DNA of 62,836 bases, filler included, from Choristocarpus tenellus KU-1152 (taxonomy: Eukaryota > Protista > Phaeophyceae): the NCBI GenBank assembly GCA_964200185.2. It is 12 parts of 12 records of this genome, joined end to end, with 100 filler letters (N's around TTAATTAATTAA, not from the genome) between each part and the next. Parts side by side here need not be neighbours in the genome. Positions count along the whole stretch, not along the records: positions 25,255 to 27,819 come from CAXNAD020026726.1; positions 27,920 to 32,072 come from CAXNAD020015948.1; positions 32,173 to 40,079 come from CAXNAD020005413.1; 9 more parts are not named here. The stretch is one strand, 5' to 3'. This document shows, piece by piece, positions 25,304-38,200 of the stretch (the stretch's first letter is position 1; every line of letters starts with the position of its first letter). A program made the position numbers and the translations under genes. The notes under the pieces are model-generated. The model did no database searches. It saw only the letters and a list, made by a program, of their open reading frames with translations, and was not told the DNA's origin.

Positions 25304-27207
25304 CTGTCAAGGAACAGATTCAATGTCGCCAACTCGTCCACCAGCATCGAGTTCCCTGATGGCAGCAGGAATCTTCTAAGACTCAAGGTGCTCACCACGG
25401 TTGTCCTCGTTACGTGCTCCACATATTTCTGTGTGGCCTTGATGTATTCCAGCTATCTTTGTACGCGGTCAAGATGTGTCTATGTTTATGTGCGTGTTTG
25501 TACATGCCTTAAGTAGTGTACCGTCGTGGTGCATCATCACTTAAGTGTCTCATCACGTTAGACACCAACGACATCCTTCAATCTGAAGCAGATTTTACCT
25601 TGTACAAACACCCAAAAGTCATTGTTTCTCCAGCCAGCATTAAAGAGCAATTAACTTCATTTTGTGAATGAGAGTCTCTGTTGAATGAAAATTTTCAGTT
25701 CCAAGGTTGGATGTAGTACTCTTCAACAACACCCCAGTGCACCTTCTCTCCAGTCCCTTTTATTATAGCCATGAATGTGCGCCTTGCTACGTATTTCTCC
25801 AGCCACAACTTTGGAGGTCAGGGTAATTCAGTCATTGTTACTATGATCAACGACTTATTGACCTCACGCTCCAGATGCAGACCCCTCAACCATTTTCTCA
25901 CTCGAGTCCTTCCTCTCTAGTGGTGTACACATCAAATCAGTTCGATTTTTTTCATGTGATAATCAAAGCTATACGTGAAACAGTTACAGCCGCCCTCGCC
26001 AGCCGCCCTCACACGTCGTTTGGTGCATCCGTCGAGAGAGCTTGCGCTGTTTTATCAATCCACATTTTAGCTGCTTTTTTTTTTTTCATAGCACGCTTGT
26101 ATCTAGTCACCCATCTCGCTCTGAACCTGTCCCAACGATGGTATCCCTTCCCTTCCCCTCAAGGTTGTGGTTACGATGTCAGGAGGCGTCTATGAGGGCG
26201 GAACGTTCCTCTTTGTCGTGGAGATACCTCCCAACTATCCGTTCCATGGTTAGTCTTGTTGCGCTGACGCTGGCTTGTGATCGCTGTTAGGTTATCGAAT
26301 AGCAGCCCTTCCGATGATAATGAGTTTCCGACGATGATGAGTTCTGTTGACACGTTGAACTTGTCGCGGTGTTTGTACGTTTGGAATTACGTTCCTTGAT
26401 CGTGCCCTTTCATTTCGTCTGAAAGTGATCGGCAGTGTGCATCAACGCGGTATTATTCTCTGGCTGCGTTGCATATTTTAATAATAAAATAAAATCTAAT
26501 GTTGTTTTTTTATTTTGTGTGTGTGTGTGTGTTATCTGTTGTACTCGTTGTGCTTTTGAAAGTTACTCTCAGTTTTTAGTATTTATTTTGTGTGTGTGTG
26601 TGTGTGTGTTATCTGTTGTGCTCGTTGTGCTTTTGAAAGTTACTCTCAGTTTTAAGTATTTATGTTGTGTACATCATCGAAGGAGAGGTGCTGGTACTCC
26701 ACAATGCAACAAACTTGGCCTTTGCTGACCTTTGACAGTCGATCTGTGTTGCAAAAAGGCATTCGTCGAAAAAGATACCCTCCCCTGCCGCATGCCTAAA
26801 CAGCAAAGAAAAATGTTCCTCTCTGGTGGTGTAAATTGCAGTTGTTCTACTAGTGCCCCATAGTGTACTCACTTCCTATGAAGGAGTAAATGAAAGGGCA
26901 CAAAGTTTTTTTTTGCATGGAAAGCTCTTCATGCCTTGTCTTACCGCGCTGTGGATACGTTGTTTCACTGATCCATGTTCACTGCAGAAAATTGAAAATC
27001 CCCCTCCCCCTGCCCCTTTTGTCCCCGCTTGCCCCACTACCTCAACACCACTTTGTTTTGTTCTTTCATGCAGCTCCATCTGTATTCTGCAGTACGAGGA
27101 CTTGGCATCCCAGCATAAACATTCATACGGGGGAGGTCCGTCTCCCGATCTTGACCAAGGATTGGCGACCCGTCCTGAGCATCAACACTGTTGTGTTTGC
27201 CCTTCAG
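25304..27207 (+). CDS. Ubc12/UBE2M-like E2-fold protein lacking the catalytic Cys (internal exons 25304-25387, 26164-26248, 27074-27207)
   Basis: IEFPDGSRNLLRLK|VVVTMSGGVYEGGTFLFVVEIPPNYPFH|APSVFCSTRTWHPSINIHTGEVRLPILTKDWRPVLSINTVVFALQ; UBC fold with a DWxPVLxINT Ubc12-like segment. Confidence 0.85.
26509..26670. repeat. Intronic tandem duplication (~78 bp x2) containing (GT)n
   Basis: gtgtgttatctgttgt(a/g)ctcgttgtgcttttgaaagttactctcagtttt occurs twice in tandem. Confidence 0.85.
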
Positions 27208-27210
27208 GTG

Positions 27211-27252
<42 letters not shown>

Positions 27253-27949
27253 TGTGTTTACTGAGGAAGATGAGGGGAGGTGGACTGGTGTTCCACTTGC
27301 TCTGGGTGTATCTGTTGCCTAGACGCAGTAGTGTTTTGAGTAATGTCAGACTTTAGCACATATTGTTTTCGATGAAAGGGCTCGATCTTTGTGTCTTTCA
27401 ATTGGTGTGTGACATGTGTGTGTGTGTGTGTGTGTGTGTGCAAGTTTCTGCCCTGTGGAGTCAAATGAGGTGGTTGGGTAGGTAGTTGGGTTAGTTACAC
27501 CTCACTCCATGCCTGCCTTCACAAACTGCCCCGTGCTTCCATCTTGTAGAAACCGACAAGCCTGCTTCATGTGTCTAGATTTGAAGATCTCATAGAAACA
27601 CAAGGGGACTAGATAAGAAGATACCCCCCCCCCTTTGGTTTCTGTTGATTCTACCGGTAGACTGTTGTACTACTCTCCACGAAGGGCGTGATGTCTAGTC
27701 AATAGAGGTTTGACACCACTCTCTTGTCTTTCATTCCTGTTTTGAGGGGAGAGAGCCAAGTAGGGGATGGGTGGATGATGCATTGACCGCTGACTTGTTG
27801 CTGGTGTGGTGTTCCCCCCNNNNNNNNNNNNNNNNNNNNNNNNNNNNNNNNNNNNNNNNNNNNTTAATTAATTAANNNNNNNNNNNNNNNNNNNNNNNNN
27901 NNNNNNNNNNNNNNNNNNNCTGGAGCTGTTGGTCAAGCCCAGAGAGAGT

Positions 27950-28470
27950 TCCAATTTTTGGGCGTCTAACCAAGGATGGCAATTTCGATGTCCCTCTGCA
28001 CAGCACTTTTTTCGCATCATATTCTCCACGTTGCAGATTGCCCCCCCTGGCCTATTGTATCCTAGAGGGAGGGTCAGGTGTATATTCAGGCCTTTGTGAC
28101 TCTGTAGTGATTCTCTTCTTGTCATTTGATTGAATGTGTACAATGTAAGGATATTTTCCTTCATCTGAACTCATCTTTATTTTCCATCCCCCTGTCTGGA
28201 TCAAATTCGAACAACAATCACCCGCAAAAAGGGCATCAAACTAAGGTGATTTTCAATGCACCATCAAGTGTCGAATGGAGGACCTGAGCTAAACACCTCC
28301 GCTGCGATACCTGTGGTAGACACGACCATCAGGATCATCTGGTACAAATATATATAGGTGTTTGCAGGGCCATATATACCCTCTGCCATCCTGTGAAAAT
28401 CATCTTTGGTGTGCTGTATTGACCTAATATTGCCTTGTTCTTCCTCCACTTTGTTCTGTAACAGGTTCAC
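27950..28470 (-). mobile_element. Possible Helitron/PIF1 helicase relic
   Basis: Degenerate motifs in the expected order: IYGPA..YLYQMIL, VVSTTGIAA, HLTLPLG..AICNVE, RDIEIAILG*TP. Confidence 0.3.
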
Positions 28471-30178
28471 ACAGAACTGTTACCTATTTCACGCATCAGC
28501 TCTTTCGCGATATTATTTTTTCAGTATAGTCTATCATACTCTACCACTACTGCTGACACTCTATCACTCACATTATATAACCCACTTTCTTTATTGCCTA
28601 CTTATGGCACACACTTCAATAATACTACTGCTTCTAGTAGTACTACTCCAGATCACAATAATTTCCACGTCTAGTCTGGAATATTGATGACCTCTGCTTC
28701 TTACTAGCGACATCACATGTGTATGAAGTATGTATCTATATATGAAAGTAATATGAATCTTCATCCTGGTCTGCCACTGTGACCCACAAGTTTACAAGTA
28801 CATGCGCCTTTACCACACAATACAACTCATGCGTACTGATCCTATATACTCTGGGGGACAACACCCAACATGCTTCTTTGTAGCCATCACCTACATCTCC
28901 ATCCCCGAAATTTCTAGTAAGAGACTCAGGAGTTTCTCCCATGCAATATGCCATGGAGGACCAAGCATATCAACTTGAAGGCAACGTGGTCAAATTCAAC
29001 CATGATACCAGACTCTGCTGGGAAGATGCATCGTTTCCTGTCTGTATTGATGACATGGGCTTGGGATCATACCCAAATCATCTCCTAGATGACGATGCCT
29101 TCTACAGGGACTACAACAACAATGATGATGCCGAGATCATTGTGTATACCGTGGGAATATGCCCCCATAAAGCCACACGTGCTCAGAGAGTAAGAGGATG
29201 AGAAAAAAGTGAAGTGTTGGATACGCAAAGTGCAAGAGCAATGGAAAATATGTAAGCAGTGTCCAAGACCCTTGGTACCTCTCGCCTTTCTCCAATCCCA
29301 CCACAATAAAAATAGACATTAAAAAACGTCTTAAAGGTTCGTCTAAGTCGACACGGTCTTGGTCAACACAGCAATTTGCAAGAATTTACTTGCATCTTGA
29401 ATCTCAGTCTTGAAACACAATGTGTGTACAAATTGATTTTTGGTAAATTAAATTCACACTTCCACGCACTTGAGAGAATTCTCACAGACAATCAGCAAGT
29501 TCGACAAAAAAAATTATTCAACTATATAAGTGGCACGGTAAGGACAACTCCATCCACCACATAATACGTATCTGGAGATATGCCTTTGACGATCAGACCT
29601 TAAGATGCCATGCAGCTCCACACGCTTTAAACCTAGAAACGCCAAATAAGCTGCTGCACACCAAAGCAGGTACCTCAACCCCAAACACCTTAACAAAACC
29701 TAAACATTGTAAAGGAGAGTGAACCAAGAGCAGTCTGTTTGAAACCCAAACTACTGGTTCAACCCAAGCCCCTACATCCACTCAATCAAAATATCAAAAA
29801 TGCCAAGTAAAAACAGCAACGAGCCTCTAATGAGGCCAATTACGAAGATCTCTCCTCTTACCCTCCTACCATCCTCTTACCTCCTTCCTACAAACTATGA
29901 AATGACACTTGTGGGATCCCTTTCACAATTCCAAAAGCAACATCTCCTACCAATACAGCTACGAATACTGGCACCTCCCACTGCAGGACTAGGAAAGAAA
30001 TAACTCTAGATCTCTCTCTCATCCCCAGAGGCATCTTTAGGATAAGTCACATGGTAAGAAAGAAAAATCTACACCAGCCATCAATCAACATGTACTTCAC
30101 ATTCAGTCAATAGGATCTGTTCGTCATGTAGTCAGCTCTACCCCCACAAAGTATCAGGCCTAAACTTCAACCTCTCCA

Positions 30179-30373
30179 TCACTCAATGAGGTCAAGCAGA
30201 GTACAAAGGAGCATGGGAACAAGGCTTGTTGAGTCCATCATCGAAATGTGTGCAGCACGGCCAATGAGCTCATCTACACCCCCTCCCTGCGATGCTGGTC
30301 CCCAGAGGTGCAGCCGGTACAGTCGATCTTCAGACAGAGGGCTAAGTAAATTCTCAGCCATTTGTCGTACCAC
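30179..30373 (-). CDS. Terminal exon of a FAM135/DUF676 lipase-like protein
   Basis: TAG acceptor, then VVRQMAENLLSPL...DELIGRAAHISMMDS...*; LIGRAAHI is the conserved FAM135 C-terminal motif. Confidence 0.72.
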   Translation of the reverse strand: MVRQMAENLLSPLSEDRLYRLHLWGPASQGGGVDELIGRAAHISMMDSTSLVPMLLCTLLDLIE

Positions 30374-32267
30374 CTAGTGTATCGTATCACCAACACAACA
30401 TGGATGGTGTCAGACCAAAACACAAAAATGGATGTGTGTTCATTGAGAAAGGGTGCATGCCACACAGAAACGATTGTGATACCAATACTTCAGAAAACAT
30501 AATAGTACTAATCTTATGTATTACAACATACAATTCACCTTATTGGTGACAATATTTCTTTCCAAATCTGAAATAGTTGTGCTCCCATTCCCCTCGCTGA
30601 ATCTCTTTTGGTTATTATTGTGAAAGCAAGGTGAGGCTTCTAAAATGACTCAAGCGATAGATTTTGCAGCAGCTGAGTACCGTTTTATTCATTAGCCGAT
30701 CTTTTCCTGACACGTGAGACCCAAAAAAATTTCCCTCTGCGCCTGTGTAAGTAAGTATATTCAGTTCAACACCAATAGCAATAATACAACTGTGGTGGAA
30801 TATACAAGCTAGACAAAATTTGGCCAATTAAAAACAAGAAGAATTTCGAATCACTGCCAGGTGTCGTAATTCAACTTGTGCCTCTAAACCCACTTGTTAT
30901 TTATTTTATGTTATTTATTTCGGCAACAGTTTCAACCATCAAACGCCTGGTACACCCATCTCTTATCAATCTTGGCAGTGTGAGAAACAAAAAAATATTG
31001 ACAATACAAGGTGAAACGGAAATTCGACAAATTTATATCGCGGAATTCGCCAATAAAAATATTTAAAATATTGGGGACTCTTTTGCGTGAAAGAAGGTAA
31101 TGTAAGAGACCGTCGACTGAGAGAAGCAAATGCAATCAAATCGGTCCCATAGAACGGTTCAAGACCGGTCACCGGCTCTACAGTGATGTGTTCTCAACAT
31201 CGTATGGAACGGCTCTACAGGGAGATGAGTTTTGCAAATAGGGACAAGGTAACTCGGGTCCAACTGGCGACAGATAACGTTGAAAATGTGTCAACGGGTT
31301 GGACAGTTTGCAGTTTGGGTTGGACAGTTTGCATAGAACAGCAACACTTGTTTGTTGCTGAGGGTGAACCTCCCCGGTGGATCAGCTCACTCATCTTGTT
31401 CCTTCTTTCCACTCTACCAAGTACACGAAATCAATAGTACCAAGTACGGCGTAAAGCCTGGCACACACAAATCATGGATACGACAGTTTCTTTTGCAGAC
31501 AAAGCAGCAATCAAAATAACGCAATTCATCCAAGTGGGGGTACACACAGCCCATCCAACTTGAGATATCAACGATTTAGGTGCTGAACACCAAGGAGACT
31601 GGAAGTAGGGTTAAGGAGACACATCACATGCATCATATACATTATATATACCGTAACACACACATGCAGCATATGAGGGCTCATCAACTCAAGTAGTATA
31701 GACTGGACCATCCAATGAGACCATCAAATCTTCGTGCATGATCAAAAATCATCAAAGCACACAAATGCTGGCGAGCAAAACAATCGTGAAACAAGAAAGA
31801 GCACTCAAACTGAAAATCGATTGCTCCAAACAAGGACCAACTGCATCAAGAGCTCACAGAAACCTCTCCCAAGAAGTCGATGGTATCACTGTACCATTGA
31901 AAAAATATACGGTGTGGGGGTGCTTCCTGGAAATAAAAAAGTATCATACCTGCAAATATAAAAATTCTCCAGGAGTCAGAGGTCTACTTTTCTTCTGTCT
32001 CCAACTCTACCCCCCCCCCCCACACACACAAAACAAAAAGCTAAAAGACCCCTATAAACATACAAGTATGAANNNNNNNNNNNNNNNNNNNNNNNNNNNN
32101 NNNNNNNNNNNNNNNNTTAATTAATTAANNNNNNNNNNNNNNNNNNNNNNNNNNNNNNNNNNNNNNNNNNNNTTTCCTAGTTTTGGTCCAAATGGACACC
32201 TTGGTGTAGACCACCCCCGCCCCCCCAGATATTTTGAGTCCTTAACAGCACATATATATCTGAACAG

Positions 32268-35200
32268 AGTATGCTTAGCATTACACTATCCCGAGGCCTC
32301 AGGTGTACTTGATCCAGACTACCCTGCTTTCTGTCAAGGTCCTTCTACTGCTGTGACTGCAGTGCACTTTTACCATGGAGGACAACTGCCAAACCGCTAT
32401 GAAAACCGCCTCTTTGCTGCTGACTTTGTCAAGGTACTATTTCAGCTTACCTGACCAAACCAGTACTAGGGCGGTTCCTAAAATTAAGAATAGGGCAAAG
32501 GTACTTCTTGCGTGTCTCATTTAAATGCTGAAGATGTACACCTTTAAAAGCAAAAGATTCGGTATCGCAGTTTTGCTTAAGGGTATGGTTAGATGTGGAT
32601 TTTGAAGAGTTCAGCACAGAGACGAGTCCTAGTTACATTGTCGTAAAGTCTTGACATTGTCATTGTCATGTTGGAACTGCTTCCAGAAAAAAAATCGTGA
32701 GTTCGATTTTTGGTTAGCTAAGCTTGTTCACCATCTGCTCCATTCTATAACTTTGTATATGAGGAAAGTCAATTCTGCTGCACAGATCATATTTTTCCGG
32801 GGCGATCCTGTAGTATTTATAGCAATATCACAACACACTACTACTGCAAAAAAAACACTGGTGAGTCATCCATTAAGAGACCAACTTGCATCAACTCCAG
32901 AGTAGTACATTATGTTGCAGTGCTTCACCCTGAACATTGTAGTCAATTTATGTTGCCTAGTAGGGAATAGCAAAAAATTGAGCCTTGCCTTATGAAACTG
33001 GCCCAAAATATGTCAATGGGACCGAGGACTCTCTTCTGGTTCATAACATGCATCTTACACATCACATCTTCCTCTCAATGGTTCTCTGTGACAGAGCTGT
33101 GTGTTTTATTTTAATGGTGACCCAACCAGTGGTGAGGTGGACTTCAGTCAGGCCCATGTATTGTTTGAAGGACGTTCTGTGGTCGACTTTGCCGAAGATC
33201 CGCACACTGGTAATTGAGAAAATAACACCTGTGATCAGGGTCTTGACTGTCAAAGAGTTTTGTCCATGTTTCCCCTATGGTTGAGGATCTTGATTGCCAA
33301 GTAGATCTCGATGACAAGAAGTGTGTCCTATGTACATTGTTGATGTGTCAATTTGTTGCCTCTTGTGTGCAATTTGCTCTATCTCCAGAAGGGGTATTGT
33401 GTATAGAGCTGGGTACTCCAAACTAAATTACATTTGAACACATGGTTGTGGAAAAGAAGAGCGAAAACCCGACACATTATCCCCTGTCCTAGCTGAAACT
33501 GCATGGATCACTACAATGACTTATTCTTGTCACATCTTAGCACCCTAAATATCTGATATGCCATTCACCACAACACTATGTTCATGTTATGGAGAGGTAT
33601 TCGCCTTTCATCGCCCCCTATTGATACAAAGGTGTCCTCTACGGTGTTGATGCAAAGTACCACATTCTTCTGAGGATTGGAGCTGAAGTGGATCCTAATG
33701 AAGTGCCTTATGAAGGTGATGATGACAAAGATACACCCACCCCAGCACCTTATCAAGACTATTCAACCCCAGGACCATATACTACCCCTGTAGGAGGCAT
33801 ATTGTCCTCTCCTCCTACTTTGAAGTGGGAGGTAGATGCAGTCAGTGGCATATCTGAGGGGCTTTTGGTGTTCGGTCCAATTGTTGTGAACAATTTCTGG
33901 GGGAAGACTGTCACCAGAGGCTACAATAATCAGGTCAGCTGCCATGTAACCCCTTTGTGTGTACTGAACCAAGTCATGTCCACCTGCTGATGTTGAACTC
34001 ATGAACAAACCTCCGATCCATTATCTGTACTGTCCTCACTCCCTTCTGCAATTCCATTAAATGCCCAATCCACCTAGGTCGCACTCTTGAGATGTTAATG
34101 AGTGGAATACATCAGTTGTGAAGAGCATGATATATCGAAACCTCTCTCTCTCTTAGGTCATCTCATGTCGTACTTCCAAACCCCCCTGTACCTACTTGCC
34201 TTCAGCAGTTGTCGGAAGTCTGATTAGATTCTGGTTCACTCCTCACGTGCACTTGCACTGATCTCCAAGTTTGCAGTACATAAAAGAAAACCCTTTGTTA
34301 TTCATCTATTCCACCAGATACCAGGACCAACTATTCACATGGAGGCCTGCAAGACATACCACCTTAGGGTCATCAACGACCTCAGCTATCCCAATCCTTC
34401 AGGCAGGCACAACTCCATGACACGGCCCAACACAACAAATCTTCATACACATGGTCTGCATATATCTGGAGAGCCTCCAAGCGATGATGTACTCTTCACA
34501 GCAATCGAACCAGGAGAAGAGCACACATGTGAGACTTTTCAGCTGCCATAGCTTGGAAAGTTGGGCAGAGGAGATCTTGCTACGGTTTAGGGAGTGATGT
34601 GTAGCGTTTTCTGGTTGGGTTGCCTTGAATCTGAAGGATGGAATGTTATTCAGAGAGTAGCCAAAGCGAAAACACAACATAAACAAACAAAAACCTAACA
34701 CTGTACTTCATACTCTCTTGTGAACCTCATACTGCACAAAACACTCTACATGCACTAGGTTGGATTGTGTTGAATGTGATCATTTGTATATCATTAGTCT
34801 TCCCCTACCTAGGTGATCCTTAGCATTAGTGATGTGCAATTAGGTCGATCCCAGTCAGCCAGCCAGCAGCTCTCCCACCCTACACGACTGTTTGCAATGG
34901 TCTTTGTCCTATTGACCTGGTTGAGAGCGTACAGACATGTACACAGTGCCATGTGACCACTCTGGCGGCACTTTCTGGTACCATCCACATCACCATTCGT
35001 CCACCACCCTTCAGCTGGGTGGGGGTGCCATGGGAGCTCTGGTGATTGAAGACCGTAAGGAAGTTCACCGTGTGCCGCAACAGATATTTGATATGCCAGA
35101 TACTGTCATTGTCATTCAGGTGAGAGAGAACTGGCTGTTCATTTGCCTCTGCTAGTGTTATTCTAGTAATGGACAGGTATGTTATATTGACAACTCTTTC

Positions 35201-38200
35201 ATGTCTACATTGACCTCTTCTGACCGCATAGAGCATGTGCTCTGAAATATTGTGATAGATAGATAGTGTTGAAGTAATATATACAATTATTTCCTATATT
35301 TTATAGAAGCGGTATGGTGCTAGCATCATGGTAATAACCCTAACCCTAATGACTACAAGAATATAATCCCAGAATTGCAAGAAATACATCAAAAGAGGGT
35401 ATGGCTATTGCTGATGTAATGGCAGTGTGAGTACCATTGTGTAATGCTTTATCAAGTATTCAGAACAGAACAAGTGCAATTCGCTTGATAAGAAGAACAA
35501 TGTAGGCTACACAATAAACCAGATTTTTTGAAGACATAATTCGCCCATGTTACCCTATCCTGTCACACAGCGCCCCAATTTCTCTCTGCTCCTGGGTGCG
35601 TTTTTTTTTGTACACACACCTGCAGGAGATGGACATTGACAGCACCAAACAAGCAAAAATAGCCAGTGGTGACCAGCTCTGGTCAACCACTGCCACCACC
35701 AGTCACTACCTCATCAATGGCGAGGTCAGGCCCACTCTAGTACTAGAGGTAGGCAAGTGGGCGCGCTGGCGGCTGGCCTTTTCTGGTCACAAACACAACC
35801 ATGCCCTTAGCCTTGTGCCACGTACAATTGACTGTGAGTTGAATGTCCTAGCTATGGATGGTGTATATCTGGAGAAGGTCCCACGTCCCGTCACAGAGCT
35901 GTTTTTTACACCAGCGTCAAGGTGGGTAAGAACCTACTGCCCAATTTCTGAAGTTACCGTTGTGGGCATGGAATATAGCGTAATACTCCAGCACATGATA
36001 ATGTCATCCTTTGGTACATATGCAAATGGTGGAGTTCATTATGCTTGATCTTCTGCGGCTTTGACTCTCTTTCATAACGTATTGTTTGTGCCTCAAGTGT
36101 AAAAGCAACCACCTGTATCCTGGAAGCAGTTGATGTATGTTGTACTGGAGAAATATGGCAGGAGGTCAATGTGATATACATTATTTTCTTCAAAAGAGTG
36201 CAACCTTGTAGATACCTGAACTTTCCAGTCTCACTCCAATAACACTGCTGGACTTGACTTCACATGACCTACGTCAAGAAAATTTGGGACCAATCTCAGC
36301 ACATCTATACTCATGAGGGATCTTGCAATTAATACCTATCCATTCTGATTGTATCCCCTATCAACCTCTTCCCTCAGAGTTGATGTGGCAATCCGCTGTC
36401 TTGGCCGAGGCAGCAAGCTTCTCGCTGTTCAGTCAGCAAACGATCCTGGGGATTTTCTAGAAGTTGCTAATATTGAGGTGCAGTCACCAACTTCTGCAGG
36501 AGAACCAGCTGATCCTGACTTGGAAGATTGGGTACCTTGCAGGTGCACTGCAAGAATCAAGTGTTAGGCATTCACTTCTGAACGCTGGAACAATAACATA
36601 TATATAAGCCTAATCCCAACCTGCACAACAACACTCAAAAGTAAGCGCAAGTGTGAAGCAGTACCTGCTGATATGCTTGCAACTTGAAAATGCTAAATAG
36701 GTTCTTACGCATGCTTCATTTGTTTCAATCAATAGGCCGTATTATCTGGAGGACCTCACGGGCTCAAACATCTCCACCGCTGCAGTCCAGTCTTTGGTGG
36801 TAAGCATGTACCTTTTTACTTCGCATAGATTTACAGAATATTCAGAGCTCACTAAGAACCCAGCGCTTGACCTTTCTGCTTCAAAAAGAGGACTTAGTCA
36901 CCCAGTGTGTTAGAATCCAATCCTCTAAGTGATGTATCCTTAGGGAGAAATGAAAATGTGATCATGGCAGGGGAAGAATTATTGTAACAATTTGTTAGAG
37001 ATTTTGCATGACCCGAGACAAGGGTTAGGGACTTTGGCGCAACTTTTGGCAGTAGGTCACACTGGGTAGGGAATCATTTCTCGTGTTCTTGTGCTGCATT
37101 ACCCCTCAGTGGATGCAACAATGACACCCTGTCACAAAGACTACATCTCAGTATTGTGTCGGATATTTCTGATTGTGCTAAACTTGACCAAAGTTGTCGA
37201 TACCTTCTATCGTTTGTCTTGCCCTCATTACAGGTCCGTGAAACTATTGGGGGAAAACCGTTTACAGGCCCTGATGACTTCTTGATGAGCATTCCCTTGG
37301 GAGAGGTTCAAGAATGGAATCTCATTGGTTCAGCATCACACCCATTCCACATCCACATTAACCACATGCAGTTAGTTGATGTTGGGGGGCCTGACCTCGT
37401 GCCTGGATGGTACAGGAAAGGCGACTGGGTGGACACAGTTTCGAGTGAGTCAGACTGGAAGTATGGATGAAAAATAATCTTAGGACCTCTTGTTGAGACT
37501 GTTAATTTTGACCGGTAAGGTGATCAATATCGTTGCACTATTGCTTCAACCGTTCCTATAGGTAGCAGTTGAGGCTCTTGTTGTAACAGCACTAACCTCA
37601 CCTTCCTCTGTGCGCCATAAATATACTGCCCTCAGCTGATCTGGCAGTGGTGCGATATAATCCTGTGCGCTTTGTGGGACATGTGGTCATGCACTGCCAC
37701 ATTTCTGAACACTCTGACCAAGGTGTGATGGCCGTGGCTAACATCTTTGGGGACAGTGATATGTCTAGCAATGACCCCACTGCACTTGAACCAGGGACAT
37801 GCGGGTGAGGAAGGGTTAGCGCCAAGTTTGGGACAACAATGCGTTCTCTCATTTCTACAGTGATGCTTCTGTAAAAATATTGTCTATCAAAGAGCGCAGG
37901 GGTCATGTTTCTTTCCACCAATTTACGTAGGTTTACTTGATAAAAACGTTCTCTTCACAGAGCTAGACAAGGCGGCCTTGCACCTTTAGGTGTGAGTTGT
38001 TCTCATCCCATCTCACATATCATCATTTCTGAACTTAAAGTAGTTTAATTCAATTTACTTGACATATCTACTATTTCTGACTACCCTTGTTTCAGGACCA
38101 AAAGCCTTCCAGGATTTGGGTACAATCGGGATGATGAGGTCCTTGAACCGGGGCCTTCCCTGTCACCCTTCCCTCCAGAGGCACCAAATGATACCCCAGG

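Noticed and set aside
28941-29201. 86-aa ORF with protein-like composition
   Set aside because: No motif or splice context that I could support; probably decayed repeat sequence.
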